DNA of 32,000 nt from Desulfocapsa sulfexigens DSM 10523 (GTDB taxonomy: Bacteria > Desulfobacterota > Desulfobulbia > Desulfobulbales > Desulfocapsaceae): the NCBI RefSeq assembly GCF_000341395.1, contig NC_020304.1, forward strand, positions 2,190,001 through 2,222,000. The letters run 5' to 3'. Below the pieces are notes generated by a model. The model saw nothing but the letters and a program-made list of their open reading frames with translations, was not told where the DNA came from and made no database searches. Positions 8,914-17,988 of this stretch are shown piece by piece. The stretch's first letter is position 1; each line of letters starts with the position of its first letter. A program made the position numbers and the translations under genes.

Positions 8914-10278
8914 ATGTCACTCCATTTTAAAATTTCAAAGTACCTGCTTCCTTATCGAATTCTTCAATTTAAGAGAAAGTGGAAGGCCCTGGAGCATAGT
9001 GATCCCGAGTCTGTATCCCGATACCAGTTCGAAAAGATCAGACAGGTCCTTAAACACTGCCAGCGGCATGTTCCCTATTATCGCGAGCTATTTCAAGAAC
9101 ACAATATCCACCCGCAGGATATTCAATGCCTTCAGGATCTTCAGAAAATTCCTGAGTTGTCAAAGGATATCCTGAGGCAACAGCAGGAAAGAATGGTCTC
9201 CGAAAAAGGCTGGCACTTTCTGCGCGAGCAACTTCTCACCAGTGGAACCACCGGGGATAAAATCAGTATATGGGTCAACCCTGTTGCCAGGGCTCAGGAG
9301 TTTGTCCGTTACTGGCTTTTCTTTCAGCGAGGAGGCTATCGTATAGGGAAACCCTTTGCTGAATTCTCCAGCGACTTCTTTATTGATCAAGACGATCCTC
9401 TTCAGGTGCTTTTTCACCGCAATCCGATAACTAATCAACTGCTTTTGAACACTTCATATATTTGCCAAGAGAATGCTCTCCAATATCTGGATTTGATGAG
9501 GAAGAATAAAGTACTCTTTATTAAATCGAGACCATCCTCTCTTTATATTTTTTCCCAGTACCTTCAAGAACAGGGGGCAAGAGATCTGGGATTACAGTGT
9601 GTGTTCACCATAGGTGAGCCTTTGCATGTTCACCAGAGGGAAGTCATAGAGAAAATATTTGGTTGTAACGTGTTAGATTTTTATGGCCATATGGAGCGTG
9701 TGGTAGCCCTGTCTGAATGTACACATGGAAGGATGCATGTAGATGAAGGCTACGGGTTTGTAGAGTTTCAAGAAGTGACCGATGCAGCCTCTGGGAATGA
9801 TGATTGCAAAAAATTCCGTCTTTTGGGAACAACTATGCATAATTGCTTGATGCCATTTATCCGCTATGATACCGGTGATCTGGTTGAACCAGATGACAGC
9901 AAAGTACCATGTCCTTGTGGAAACAGGTCACGGATTGTTAAGCAAATTTATGGGCGCACAGAAGATGTTATTACCAGTCAGGACGGGGTCACTTATCCGG
10001 CACTCTTTCTTGTCTTTAATATGATCAACGGAATAAAGATGGGACAGATTATTCAGGATGATCTGATTTCATTTCGGGTGAATGTTTATCCAGAGCGTGA
10101 ACTATTTGATGCCGTGCAGGAGAAAGAACTCCTGTACCATTTAAGAAAATATCTTGGACAGAATGCGAGTATTTCTATTCATATTGTTGATGTAAGAGGG
10201 TTTGAATACGGTAGTTCAGGAAAATTCCGATCTGTTATTTCCTTTGTCAGGAACTCCTGGGCATGTCCGACTGACTGA
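8914..10278 (+). CDS. PaaK/CapK-like adenylate-forming enzyme (phenylacetate-CoA ligase family)
   Basis: LLTSGTTGDKISIWVNP, DFYGHMERV, IRYDTGDLV, CPCGN, IYGRTEDVI; N-terminal HVPYYRELF. Confidence 0.85.
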   Translation: MSLHFKISKYLLPYRILQFKRKWKALEHSDPESVSRYQFEKIRQVLKHCQRHVPYYRELFQEHNIHPQDIQCLQDLQKIPELSKDILRQQQERMVSEKGWHFLREQLLTSGTTGDKISIWVNPVARAQEFVRYWLFFQRGGYRIGKPFAEFSSDFFIDQDDPLQVLFHRNPITNQLLLNTSYICQENALQYLDLMRKNKVLFIKSRPSSLYIFSQYLQEQGARDLGLQCVFTIGEPLHVHQREVIEKIFGCNVLDFYGHMERVVALSECTHGRMHVDEGYGFVEFQEVTDAASGNDDCKKFRLLGTTMHNCLMPFIRYDTGDLVEPDDSKVPCPCGNRSRIVKQIYGRTEDVITSQDGVTYPALFLVFNMINGIKMGQIIQDDLISFRVNVYPERELFDAVQEKELLYHLRKYLGQNASISIHIVDVRGFEYGSSGKFRSVISFVRNSWACPTD

Positions 10279-10411
10279 TTTTAGCAGGGTGACATGGCTT
10301 TTACAGTAAATGGTAAATGATTCTTGTATGTCATGAGGATATGTTGTAGTTTTTTTTAATAGTATGCAAAATTAGTGATTTATCTGTGGTTTTACTATTC
10401 TTTAAGGAGGG

Positions 10412-11806
10412 ATGTTCATGAAAGTTCTACTGGTGCAGCATGCGAGTAATAATGGTCTTACGTCATTTCCCATTGGCCTCGGATGTGTTGCCGCTGTACT
10501 TCTGGAAGCGGGGCATCAGGTCGACTTTATAGATTTGGGTCTGGAGGACAAACCTGTCCAGGCGCTTGAGGCACGTATTGGTGAATTTCATGCTGAAGCC
10601 CTCGGTTTTACCCACTGGACAACCAATTACACCGAATATGTTAACCTGATAAAAGAGTGTCCTTCTGCCAGAAAGCTGCCAAAAATTGCGGGGGGGCCAC
10701 ATGCCTGCGCCGTTGCTGAACAGATTTTAAGAGAAGGCTATGTGGATGTCGTTGTTCTCTGTGAAGGTGAATTGATTGCGGACAACCTCTTTTCAACTCT
10801 TGAAAACCATGGGGATCTGAATACCGTAAAGGGGATTGCCTATCTTGATGGCGATCGATTTGTGCAAACTGAGGATGCGGGGCTTATCGACGACCTTGAT
10901 AAGTATCCTTCTCCTCCCTATGAATTGATGAACATCAAAAGTTATTTTGGTCGATTAAAAGGACGGCCATCGGTTGAGTTGATGGTTTCACGAGGGTGTC
11001 CTTTTAATTGCGCATTTTGCTATAGGGGTCCAAGCAGTGGTACAAAAATGCGACGTATGACAACTGATCGGGTCATGGAGGAGTTATCCATAATGAGAGA
11101 ACAATATGGTTTCAGTTCCTTTTTCTTTGTAGATGACACCTTTACTCTGAACCGGGAGTGGGCAATTGATTTTTGCCAGAAAGTCATAGCATCTGGGAAA
11201 AAAATTGCGTGGGCCTGTCAGACACGGGTTGATCGGGTTGATCGTGAACTGCTGACTCTGATGAAAAAATCAGGCTGTGTCTGTGTTCATTTTGGTGTGG
11301 AGTCAGGAAATCAGGAGATTATTAGCCATTTGATGAAAAAGATCACCAAGGATCAGGTGCGTAAGGCCCATGCTGAATGTCAAAGACTCCGTCTTTCCAC
11401 AATCACTTACTTTTTGATAGGTACACCCTGGGAGACCGAGGCGACTGTTCGTGAGACCATTGAGTTTGCTAAGGAACTGAAGCCAACGATAGCTCTATTT
11501 TTTGCAGCAACACCCTATCCCGGTTGTCCAATGCGTGATGTCTATATTGAAAAGGGTATGCCAGTCCCTGAGAGTTGTGATGAGTATGGTAGATTTTGGG
11601 TTGAAGATGCGCCGAAGGACAGTGAAAAGCAGGTGAAACGAGCTGGAAATCTGGATAGTTATCAACTCTGTCTGGATGCCACCAAGGAAATCGTTAGAGC
11701 CCAGGTGCGTGATGTGGGTTCCTATCCACGTTTGATTTCTGAGTTTATTGATCAGTATGGATTTGTCGATTTTGTTAAGAATGCTGCGGCCCGGCTTCGC
11801 CTTTAA
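10412..11806 (+). CDS. B12-binding domain radical SAM protein
   Basis: N-terminal cobalamin-binding-like domain (VLLVQHASNNGLTSFPIGLGCVAAVLLEAGHQVDFIDL), CPFNCAFCYRG (CxxxCxxC), FFFVDDTFTLNREWAIDFCQKVI, FGVESGNQEI. SD-like AAGGAGG upstream. Confidence 0.93.
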   Translation: MFMKVLLVQHASNNGLTSFPIGLGCVAAVLLEAGHQVDFIDLGLEDKPVQALEARIGEFHAEALGFTHWTTNYTEYVNLIKECPSARKLPKIAGGPHACAVAEQILREGYVDVVVLCEGELIADNLFSTLENHGDLNTVKGIAYLDGDRFVQTEDAGLIDDLDKYPSPPYELMNIKSYFGRLKGRPSVELMVSRGCPFNCAFCYRGPSSGTKMRRMTTDRVMEELSIMREQYGFSSFFFVDDTFTLNREWAIDFCQKVIASGKKIAWACQTRVDRVDRELLTLMKKSGCVCVHFGVESGNQEIISHLMKKITKDQVRKAHAECQRLRLSTITYFLIGTPWETEATVRETIEFAKELKPTIALFFAATPYPGCPMRDVYIEKGMPVPESCDEYGRFWVEDAPKDSEKQVKRAGNLDSYQLCLDATKEIVRAQVRDVGSYPRLISEFIDQYGFVDFVKNAAARLRL

Positions 11807-11826
11807 AATAGAATTAAGGTTGGGAG

Positions 11827-13098
11827 CTATCTTGTTTTTTTTTGTATTGTAGATTCGTCTGTCTGTTTGATGAGATTTTCTGCGATTACTTGAGCAATAA
11901 TTTTGTTCCCCACTGCTGAATAGTGGCCGCCCTCCATATATAGATTGAAGAGTGATCCTTTCTTGGATTGTTCTGCCAATGTTTGAAGAGGTTTATACAC
12001 TAAATGGTTTTTCTCTATTTCTGACAGCAAGCCACTATACTTAGGCTCCATGGTGAACCGCTTTTTAATGACATCGATTACGTTAGGAATATGGACCACA
12101 ATAAACTGACTTCCATATTGTTCTATCTCAGACTGAAAAGTATCAAGGAGGCTCATCGCCAATTGGGCAGGTTCGTAGCTTAGATTATAGAAGAATGAAT
12201 TTTCTTCAACCGGAAAGAATAGTTCCGTTAACATTGCGATGAGTTTGCTTTTGTAAATAATATGTTCTTCGTAATTTCCAATTGTTAAAAATTGTTCATA
12301 TTGGGCAAGATCCCATTCTGTTAGTGGATTCCTCAGGATATTCATAATCTCTTCAGGAGGAAGGGTAGGGACATTGAGAAGTTGGAGTGAATTATTCTGT
12401 AAAATGTATCTTGGCTTTGAAAATGGAAGGCCACTGGCTGGCATATAAATCGATCTGATAATATTAACATTTCGTTGGATATCCTCAAACTGTAGACCGA
12501 GGAGAACTATATCTGCCGATAGAGTGCGGCCGGAATGTCGCCAACGTAAAAGAGCTTGATCTATTCCGTACCCACCCACCGCAAGATTTATGACTTCAGC
12601 GGGAATGCCCGCAGTGTTTAATAGTTGTTCCAGATAGTATCCGAAAGTATTTTGGAAGGGAACTTCATCACCGTGGCTGTAGGAATCGCCTATTATCAGA
12701 ATACGCAGGATATCCTGAGGTTTTGCGGTTTTGTATTCAATCGGGTTCTTGTCGTCGACCCTCGCTCCTAAAGAATTGTAGCAGTATTGGCCGTTTGCGG
12801 AAATATTTGAAACTCTGGGCGTCCAGCCAAGGTATTCATCGTAAACTACCCTTGAATGAGATGTGTTGCTATAGTCCTGAGCGTGATGCGCAAAAGTGTT
12901 TATTGCCAGGTGATATGGTTTGAGTACTCTGCCAAGAATTCTGTAGTTACCATCTGAGTCTACCTGGCAATAATAACGAACAGTAATTTCAAGAATCAGC
13001 AAACAAAGAGTTAGTACTCCAACAAACAGTAACCCTTTTTGGATATACGTCTTCGCTTTACCATGATGTCGGTCCGATTCTCTTGAGAATAGCTGCAT
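11827..13098 (-). CDS. SGNH-hydrolase-like protein with N-terminal TM anchor (possible O-acyl transferase/esterase partner in surface glycan modification)
   Basis: N-terminal hydrophobic segment; DEYLGWTPR, GARVDDKNP, ILIIGDSYSHGDEVPFQNTFGYYLEQLL (GDS block), and C-terminal EGGHYSAVGNKIIAQVIAENL (catalytic His-like block). Confidence 0.8.
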   Translation of the reverse strand: MQLFSRESDRHHGKAKTYIQKGLLFVGVLTLCLLILEITVRYYCQVDSDGNYRILGRVLKPYHLAINTFAHHAQDYSNTSHSRVVYDEYLGWTPRVSNISANGQYCYNSLGARVDDKNPIEYKTAKPQDILRILIIGDSYSHGDEVPFQNTFGYYLEQLLNTAGIPAEVINLAVGGYGIDQALLRWRHSGRTLSADIVLLGLQFEDIQRNVNIIRSIYMPASGLPFSKPRYILQNNSLQLLNVPTLPPEEIMNILRNPLTEWDLAQYEQFLTIGNYEEHIIYKSKLIAMLTELFFPVEENSFFYNLSYEPAQLAMSLLDTFQSEIEQYGSQFIVVHIPNVIDVIKKRFTMEPKYSGLLSEIEKNHLVYKPLQTLAEQSKKGSLFNLYMEGGHYSAVGNKIIAQVIAENLIKQTDESTIQKKTR

Positions 13099-13134
13099 GT
13101 CACTCCTTACTTCCCTTTTTAATGGGTAAAAGTC

Positions 13135-14565
13135 TCAGTCTACCACCACATAGTTTGAGAACTCATTACAGAATTCCTCCCATTTGTCCACATCCCATTG
13201 TCCGTTTATGCCCAAACAGTGTGCGGCCCTGTCTGCCATCATCATGGTGTGGTGAATATTGTCATGGGTAAAAAGCCCCTGACGTCCCAGGCTGATCAGG
13301 GTTGGGATTTTTGAAAGGTATTGTTCGATAACCCTGAGTTTCTTTGAATATCCAATGGTGTAAACGGGATAGACGTTTGTCTGACGTTTACTGAAAACTT
13401 TTACGAGATTTTTAGCGGGAATGGCACCTTTTTTCATATCTGCCAGAACCAGACGTTTGAGTTTTTCGTCATCAGCCAACCAGATCTCATCATCGTGTTG
13501 ACAGGGAATCTCACAACAGATAATAGTTTTACCCCTAGGAGTGAGGGTGCCGTTATAGTTTTTTCCCTCTGATATTCGAGAAAAAATATAATCTGTCTCG
13601 GGGAAATAGTGGGCATCAACAACCTGCCACTGGTCACATTCCATAAGCAGATAAAAGAACACCATATTTCTATGTGTTAAGGATTCGGCAGCAGTGAGAG
13701 CCGGACAGCTTCGTTTTGAAGCAAGGAGAGAGACTATTCGGGTAACAGGGATGGTTGAGAAAATAAAGTCGGCCTTGAGTTGCTTGTGCACATCATTGTG
13801 TTTTTTGACAGAGATGGAAAAACCCCGGCTCTTTTCCATCGTTATTCCAGTGACTGTTGTGTCATATATTATCTGCCCATCCATGTCTGTCACTTTTGCA
13901 GCAAGCTTTTCGGAAATCTGCCCAATACCTTCCTCAGGGTAGTAGAAAACATTGGCTTCACTGGAGTTCACCCCGGGTAGAAAACTGAGCATTTTTTTCA
14001 CTATTTTACTGACAGTCCCAGCGGAAACTCTTTTTCTTGCCTGTTCTACATCTATCTGATCGGGTGGACACCCCCATAACTTTTTGGCATAAGGGAAATA
14101 AAATTTTTCACAGATAGTTGGACCAAGGCCATGAAGAAGTTGATCGGCAAAACTTAGAGCTGGCCCTGAAGGTCTGAATGGTTTCTTCAGAATATCCCTG
14201 AAGATTCCAAAGATAAAGGAAACCGGAAGATGAACTAAACAATCCAGTGGCTGGAGGGGGAATTTAAGATAGTGCCCCTGTAGTCGAATTCTGCCGTTTC
14301 GTACTCTTTTTAACAGGGATGGGCCGATAATATTTTTTATATCATTAAGAATATGCTCTGGAGTTGATGGGTGGAGGCGATGGCTGCCATAATCCAGCCA
14401 TATTCCTTCTTGTTGAAACGAAGCAGCAATGCCTCCAGGATGATTCCGTTTCTCAATGATAATTAACTCAATATTGAGCTCTGCGCGCTGCAGCAGTTTG
14501 AAGGCCAGCATCAGCCCTGCTGGTCCGGCACCCAATATGATGATTGTTTGTTTTTCTGAAGACAT
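13135..14565 (-). CDS. FAD-dependent oxidoreductase (protoporphyrinogen oxidase / UDP-galactopyranose mutase-like)
   Basis: IIILGAGPAGLMLAFKLLQ, IIEKRNHPGG, DYGSHRLHP, GPTICEKFYFPYAKKLWG, and C-terminal LGRQGLFTHDNIHHTMMMADRAA. Confidence 0.88.
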   Translation of the reverse strand: MSSEKQTIIILGAGPAGLMLAFKLLQRAELNIELIIIEKRNHPGGIAASFQQEGIWLDYGSHRLHPSTPEHILNDIKNIIGPSLLKRVRNGRIRLQGHYLKFPLQPLDCLVHLPVSFIFGIFRDILKKPFRPSGPALSFADQLLHGLGPTICEKFYFPYAKKLWGCPPDQIDVEQARKRVSAGTVSKIVKKMLSFLPGVNSSEANVFYYPEEGIGQISEKLAAKVTDMDGQIIYDTTVTGITMEKSRGFSISVKKHNDVHKQLKADFIFSTIPVTRIVSLLASKRSCPALTAAESLTHRNMVFFYLLMECDQWQVVDAHYFPETDYIFSRISEGKNYNGTLTPRGKTIICCEIPCQHDDEIWLADDEKLKRLVLADMKKGAIPAKNLVKVFSKRQTNVYPVYTIGYSKKLRVIEQYLSKIPTLISLGRQGLFTHDNIHHTMMMADRAAHCLGINGQWDVDKWEEFCNEFSNYVVVD

Positions 14566-14611
14566 CGATACGTAATGGCTCTTTTGTTAGAGGTAGCTAT
14601 ACTTGTAGAGG

Positions 14612-15586
14612 TTATGGAGTAGTTTCGTCGGGAGGCTCTTCCTCAACGTGATCTGCAGTTTCTCCCCAGACCTGTTGTTCAATTTTTCTGGAAAGTCCAT
14701 CGGACATCATGCCAATGAGTAGAATCTGTATTCCTGTTAAAAACAGAAGCAGGCTCGATGTGGAGAGAGTGGTGTGGATAAAAATTGAATACTCCTGCCA
14801 TCCGACGCGCCGTATTGCAAAGAAAATGTCAAAGAATGTTTTGACACCACTGAAGAAAAAGAACGTGAAGGCAAGAGGAATAAAAACCTTGAGAGGATTA
14901 AAAAGCATGGATAATCGAAGGATCAGGGCGATAAAATTTATAAAATCCCAGGGTACAATTTTGGATTTCCCTTTCCGGGGCAGATAGTCAATAGTGAAGT
15001 TAGTAATCCTGTAATTGTTGCAGAGCATGGCCAATGTTTGAGTAGTTGTGAAAGAAAATTGATCCGATAGTATTTTAAAGAAAGGCATGACCGATTCTTT
15101 TTTGAAGACACGAAGTCCAGAATTAACATCTGCAATTGGTTGGCCGGCAATATACTGGGCCAGGTGGGATATTACCCATTTGGCTGGCCTACGAAGCAGA
15201 GGGATGTGAACCTTGTCACTGTTTCTGGTACCAATGACCAGACTTACCCGTTGCCGATGCAGAATTCGCACCATTTCCGGCAGTGCCTCACAGGGATAAG
15301 TCCTGTCGGCATCAATAATGGCAATGGTATTATAGATACTTGCAAGTATCCCGCTCTTAAGAGAGGCCCCGTAGCCTCTGTTTCTGTCATGTTTTATTAC
15401 TCTTGCTGGTGTCGATTTTGCCAGATGCAGCGTGTTGTCAGTGGATCCATCATCAACGACGAGGATTTCGAATTGGAAATCAGTATCTTCAAGAATCTGG
15501 AAAAGTTCCTGTACCGTATCGCAAATACTTAACTCTTCGTTGTAAGCAGGAATAATAACTGTAACAGCATGAGGGGGGGTAGACAT
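14612..15586 (-). CDS. Glycosyltransferase family 2 (dolichyl-phosphate mannosyltransferase/DPM-like) with C-terminal TM helices
   Basis: VTVIIPAYNEELSICDTVQEL, ILVVDDGSTDNTLHLA, AIIDADRTYP, ADVNSGLRVFKK, followed by two TM segments. Confidence 0.93.
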   Translation of the reverse strand: MSTPPHAVTVIIPAYNEELSICDTVQELFQILEDTDFQFEILVVDDGSTDNTLHLAKSTPARVIKHDRNRGYGASLKSGILASIYNTIAIIDADRTYPCEALPEMVRILHRQRVSLVIGTRNSDKVHIPLLRRPAKWVISHLAQYIAGQPIADVNSGLRVFKKESVMPFFKILSDQFSFTTTQTLAMLCNNYRITNFTIDYLPRKGKSKIVPWDFINFIALILRLSMLFNPLKVFIPLAFTFFFFSGVKTFFDIFFAIRRVGWQEYSIFIHTTLSTSSLLLFLTGIQILLIGMMSDGLSRKIEQQVWGETADHVEEEPPDETTP

Positions 15587-15869
15587 GGATGCGAAGTCCT
15601 ATTGTTTTGGAATGATTGTCAGGTGAATTGAGTAGTGAGGATACTTATCAAGTTCAATCATAAACCGATTTATAGCCGCTTTCCAAGTTTCTTATTGAAA
15701 TCACCATCTTTTTGCGGCAGATTGTTTGTTTCACTTGCAATTTAACTATAATTGCTATGTTTCCGGAGAGGGATACTCTTGAAAAAAGTTGAACTTTACT
15801 GGTCATCACTTTGCTGCTTGAGCATAATTGTAGTGAGACTTTACCCTGGTATGATATTTAAGGACGAGC

Positions 15870-16922
15870 ATGACAAATCGAGTAGTGCATGTGGATATTG
15901 CAAAAGGAATTTCCATCATATTAGTAGCGCTATTTCATAGTAAAATATATCCTTTTGCACCAGATTGCATGAATGCAATGGGGCTTTTTAGAATGCCTCT
16001 CTTCTTTTTTCTGTCGGGAGTGTTTTTTAATGCATCAATGGGTGCGAATGTTTTTTTGTGGAAGAAGTCGGATGCGTTGCTTAAACCATATTTTGCTACA
16101 TTATTAGTTGTTTTTGTTTTTGCAGTTCTCCACAGAGAGGAACATTTGATCAGACAGTTAATCGGTATCTTTTACGGTAATGGGGTAACCATACCGCCAA
16201 GATGGGTGCCAATGTGGTTCTTAACACATCTTTTTTTAATATATGCTTTCACCTATTTTATTTTCCGCATTACAAATGTTCAGAGTAAAAACGTATTTTT
16301 TAAATACATTCTTATCCTTATTCTTATGGTGATTGGAACCCAATGGATTGATGTCTTCTGGAATTTAGAGATAACCTTATTTGGTACGGAGATTATAATG
16401 CCAGGTTTGCCCTTTGGCATTGATATTGTTTTAGTAAGCGCTTCATTTTTTATTTCAGGGGCTTTTTTGAGAGAGAAAGTTATCCATTTTATCCCAAATG
16501 TATACCTTTTAATATGCTCAGTCCTAATGTTTTTACTGGTTACAATGTTTACAGATGCACACATGGACCTGAATAGAAGAGTGTATAGCAATCCTTTCTT
16601 TACCACAGCTGGCTCGATGGCTGGCATTTATGCTGTGATATGCATTGCCTACTATCTTAGTAAGACAAAAAAAATTCGGAATATTTTTCTAACTTTTGGT
16701 CAGGCAAGTCTATTTGTTCTTATATTTCATGTGTTTATTGGTAGTAATGTGTATGGGTATTTGATGGGCCTGGAGACAGAAAGTCGTGAAATGTTGTTTG
16801 CTGTTTTTGCATTTATAATCAGTATATCTGTGCCCCTCCTTATTAAATATTTTGTGTTAAAAAATAGAATAGTATCATTTTTTTATTGTCCGGTGAAAAT
16901 TAAGAATACAACCAGGATGTAA
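15870..16922 (+). CDS. Acyltransferase family 3 (OafA/fucose 4-O-acetylase-like) membrane protein
   Basis: VHVDIAKGISIILVALFHS...FRMPLFFFLSGVFF...PMWFLTHLF and multiple TM helices. Confidence 0.88.
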   Translation: MTNRVVHVDIAKGISIILVALFHSKIYPFAPDCMNAMGLFRMPLFFFLSGVFFNASMGANVFLWKKSDALLKPYFATLLVVFVFAVLHREEHLIRQLIGIFYGNGVTIPPRWVPMWFLTHLFLIYAFTYFIFRITNVQSKNVFFKYILILILMVIGTQWIDVFWNLEITLFGTEIIMPGLPFGIDIVLVSASFFISGAFLREKVIHFIPNVYLLICSVLMFLLVTMFTDAHMDLNRRVYSNPFFTTAGSMAGIYAVICIAYYLSKTKKIRNIFLTFGQASLFVLIFHVFIGSNVYGYLMGLETESREMLFAVFAFIISISVPLLIKYFVLKNRIVSFFYCPVKIKNTTRM

Positions 16923-17790
16923 TTATAGAAATTTTCCGTATTATACGTCCTAGGCAGTGGACTAAGAATGTGCTCATCTTTGTACCACTTTTTTTTAGTA
17001 AAAATATTTTTAATACCAGTCTTGTTTTACATGCACTCTTCGCAGCGATAATTTTTTTCTCTGGCAAGTAGTGCTGCATATATTTTTAATGACATCTTAG
17101 ATCGACATGCAGATGTAAATCATAGGAAAAAATGTACTCGCCCTATAGCGGCCGGGACATTAGATATTCGTACGGCTTCCATTCTCTGTGTACTTCTCAT
17201 CGTTTTTTCCTTGTACTTGGCATATCTCCTGAACACAGCATTTTTCCTATTAATATTTGGCTATTTTCTGTTGAATGGTGCCTATTCATTATTTTTAAAA
17301 AAAATACCTGTTTTGGATGTTTGTATTTTGGTGTCTTTTTTTCTGTCCCGATTGTTTGCCGGTTCAGTTGTTACTGGTATTATATTGTCAACGTGGCTTA
17401 TCTTTGTGGCCAGCCTGGTCGCCTTGTTTCTTGGGTTTTGTAAACGTCGTCAAGACCTGCTTCTGTGCTTTACAGAGGAACAGGGGGAGCCTTATGTGCG
17501 AAAATATTCCCCGGGCTTTCTGAATGGGGTGATTTTTGCCATAGCGCCAGTTATCATGGGCAGTTATCCATAGTTACACTATGGATTACAGGACGGTTGC
17601 CCACACAGGATCGTATGGACCTATGGCATCTGTGCCATTTGTTTGTTACGGAGTTTTCAGGTACCTGCAATTACTGTATGGAAAAAGCCCGGAAAGTGAT
17701 GTGTTGCTGGTGATATCTTGTGACAGGCGTTTGCAAATCAATATTACTTTGTATACTCTGATTTGTTTTGCAGTGCTATATTTGAGATAA
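16919..17790 (+). pseudogene. Frameshifted UbiA-superfamily decaprenyl-phosphate phosphoribosyltransferase-like gene (split over three frames)
   Basis: Frame A (from about 16919): VIIEIFRIIRPRQWTKNVLIFVPLFFSKNIFNTSLVLHALFAAIIFFSGK*. Frame B (from about 17059): SLASSAAYIFNDILDRHADVNHRKKCTRPIAAGTLDIRTAS...AYLLNTAFFLLIFGYFLLNGAYSLFLKKIPVLDVCILVSFFLSRLFAG...LVALFLGFCKRRQDLL. Frame C (to 17790): YTMDYRTVAHTGSYGPMASVPFVCYGVFRYLQLLYGKSPESDVLLVISCDRRLQINITLYTLICFAVLYLR*. Together these give one continuous family-like protein of about 290 codons. Confidence 0.85.
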
Positions 17791-17988
17791 AAACGACATG
17801 TTATCCGTCAAACGTCAAAAACATCCTTAAACTCTATTCTGTTATAGTAAAACCAGATATAATAAAAAAATATTGGTATTCTAATCTGTTGTATGGATAC
17901 GGTAACTTTCTGAGTATCTCTCTGTTAGAAGACTTTTGTTGTCCATGTTCTACAAATAAAGAATACATAATCGCAGGGTGGTGAAACT

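Noticed and set aside
17132-17790. Separate small plus-strand ORFs at 17132, 17211, 17317, 17465 and 17581
   Set aside because: Translations in successive frames reconstruct a single UbiA-family protein, so these are fragments of one frameshifted gene or out-of-frame readings.
17791-17988. ORF 17763-17984 as a gene between the UbiA-like fragment and the GT-C-like gene
   Set aside because: It is short, begins inside the end of the UbiA-like coding sequence, has no family motif, and lies in AT-rich spacer where chance ORFs are expected.
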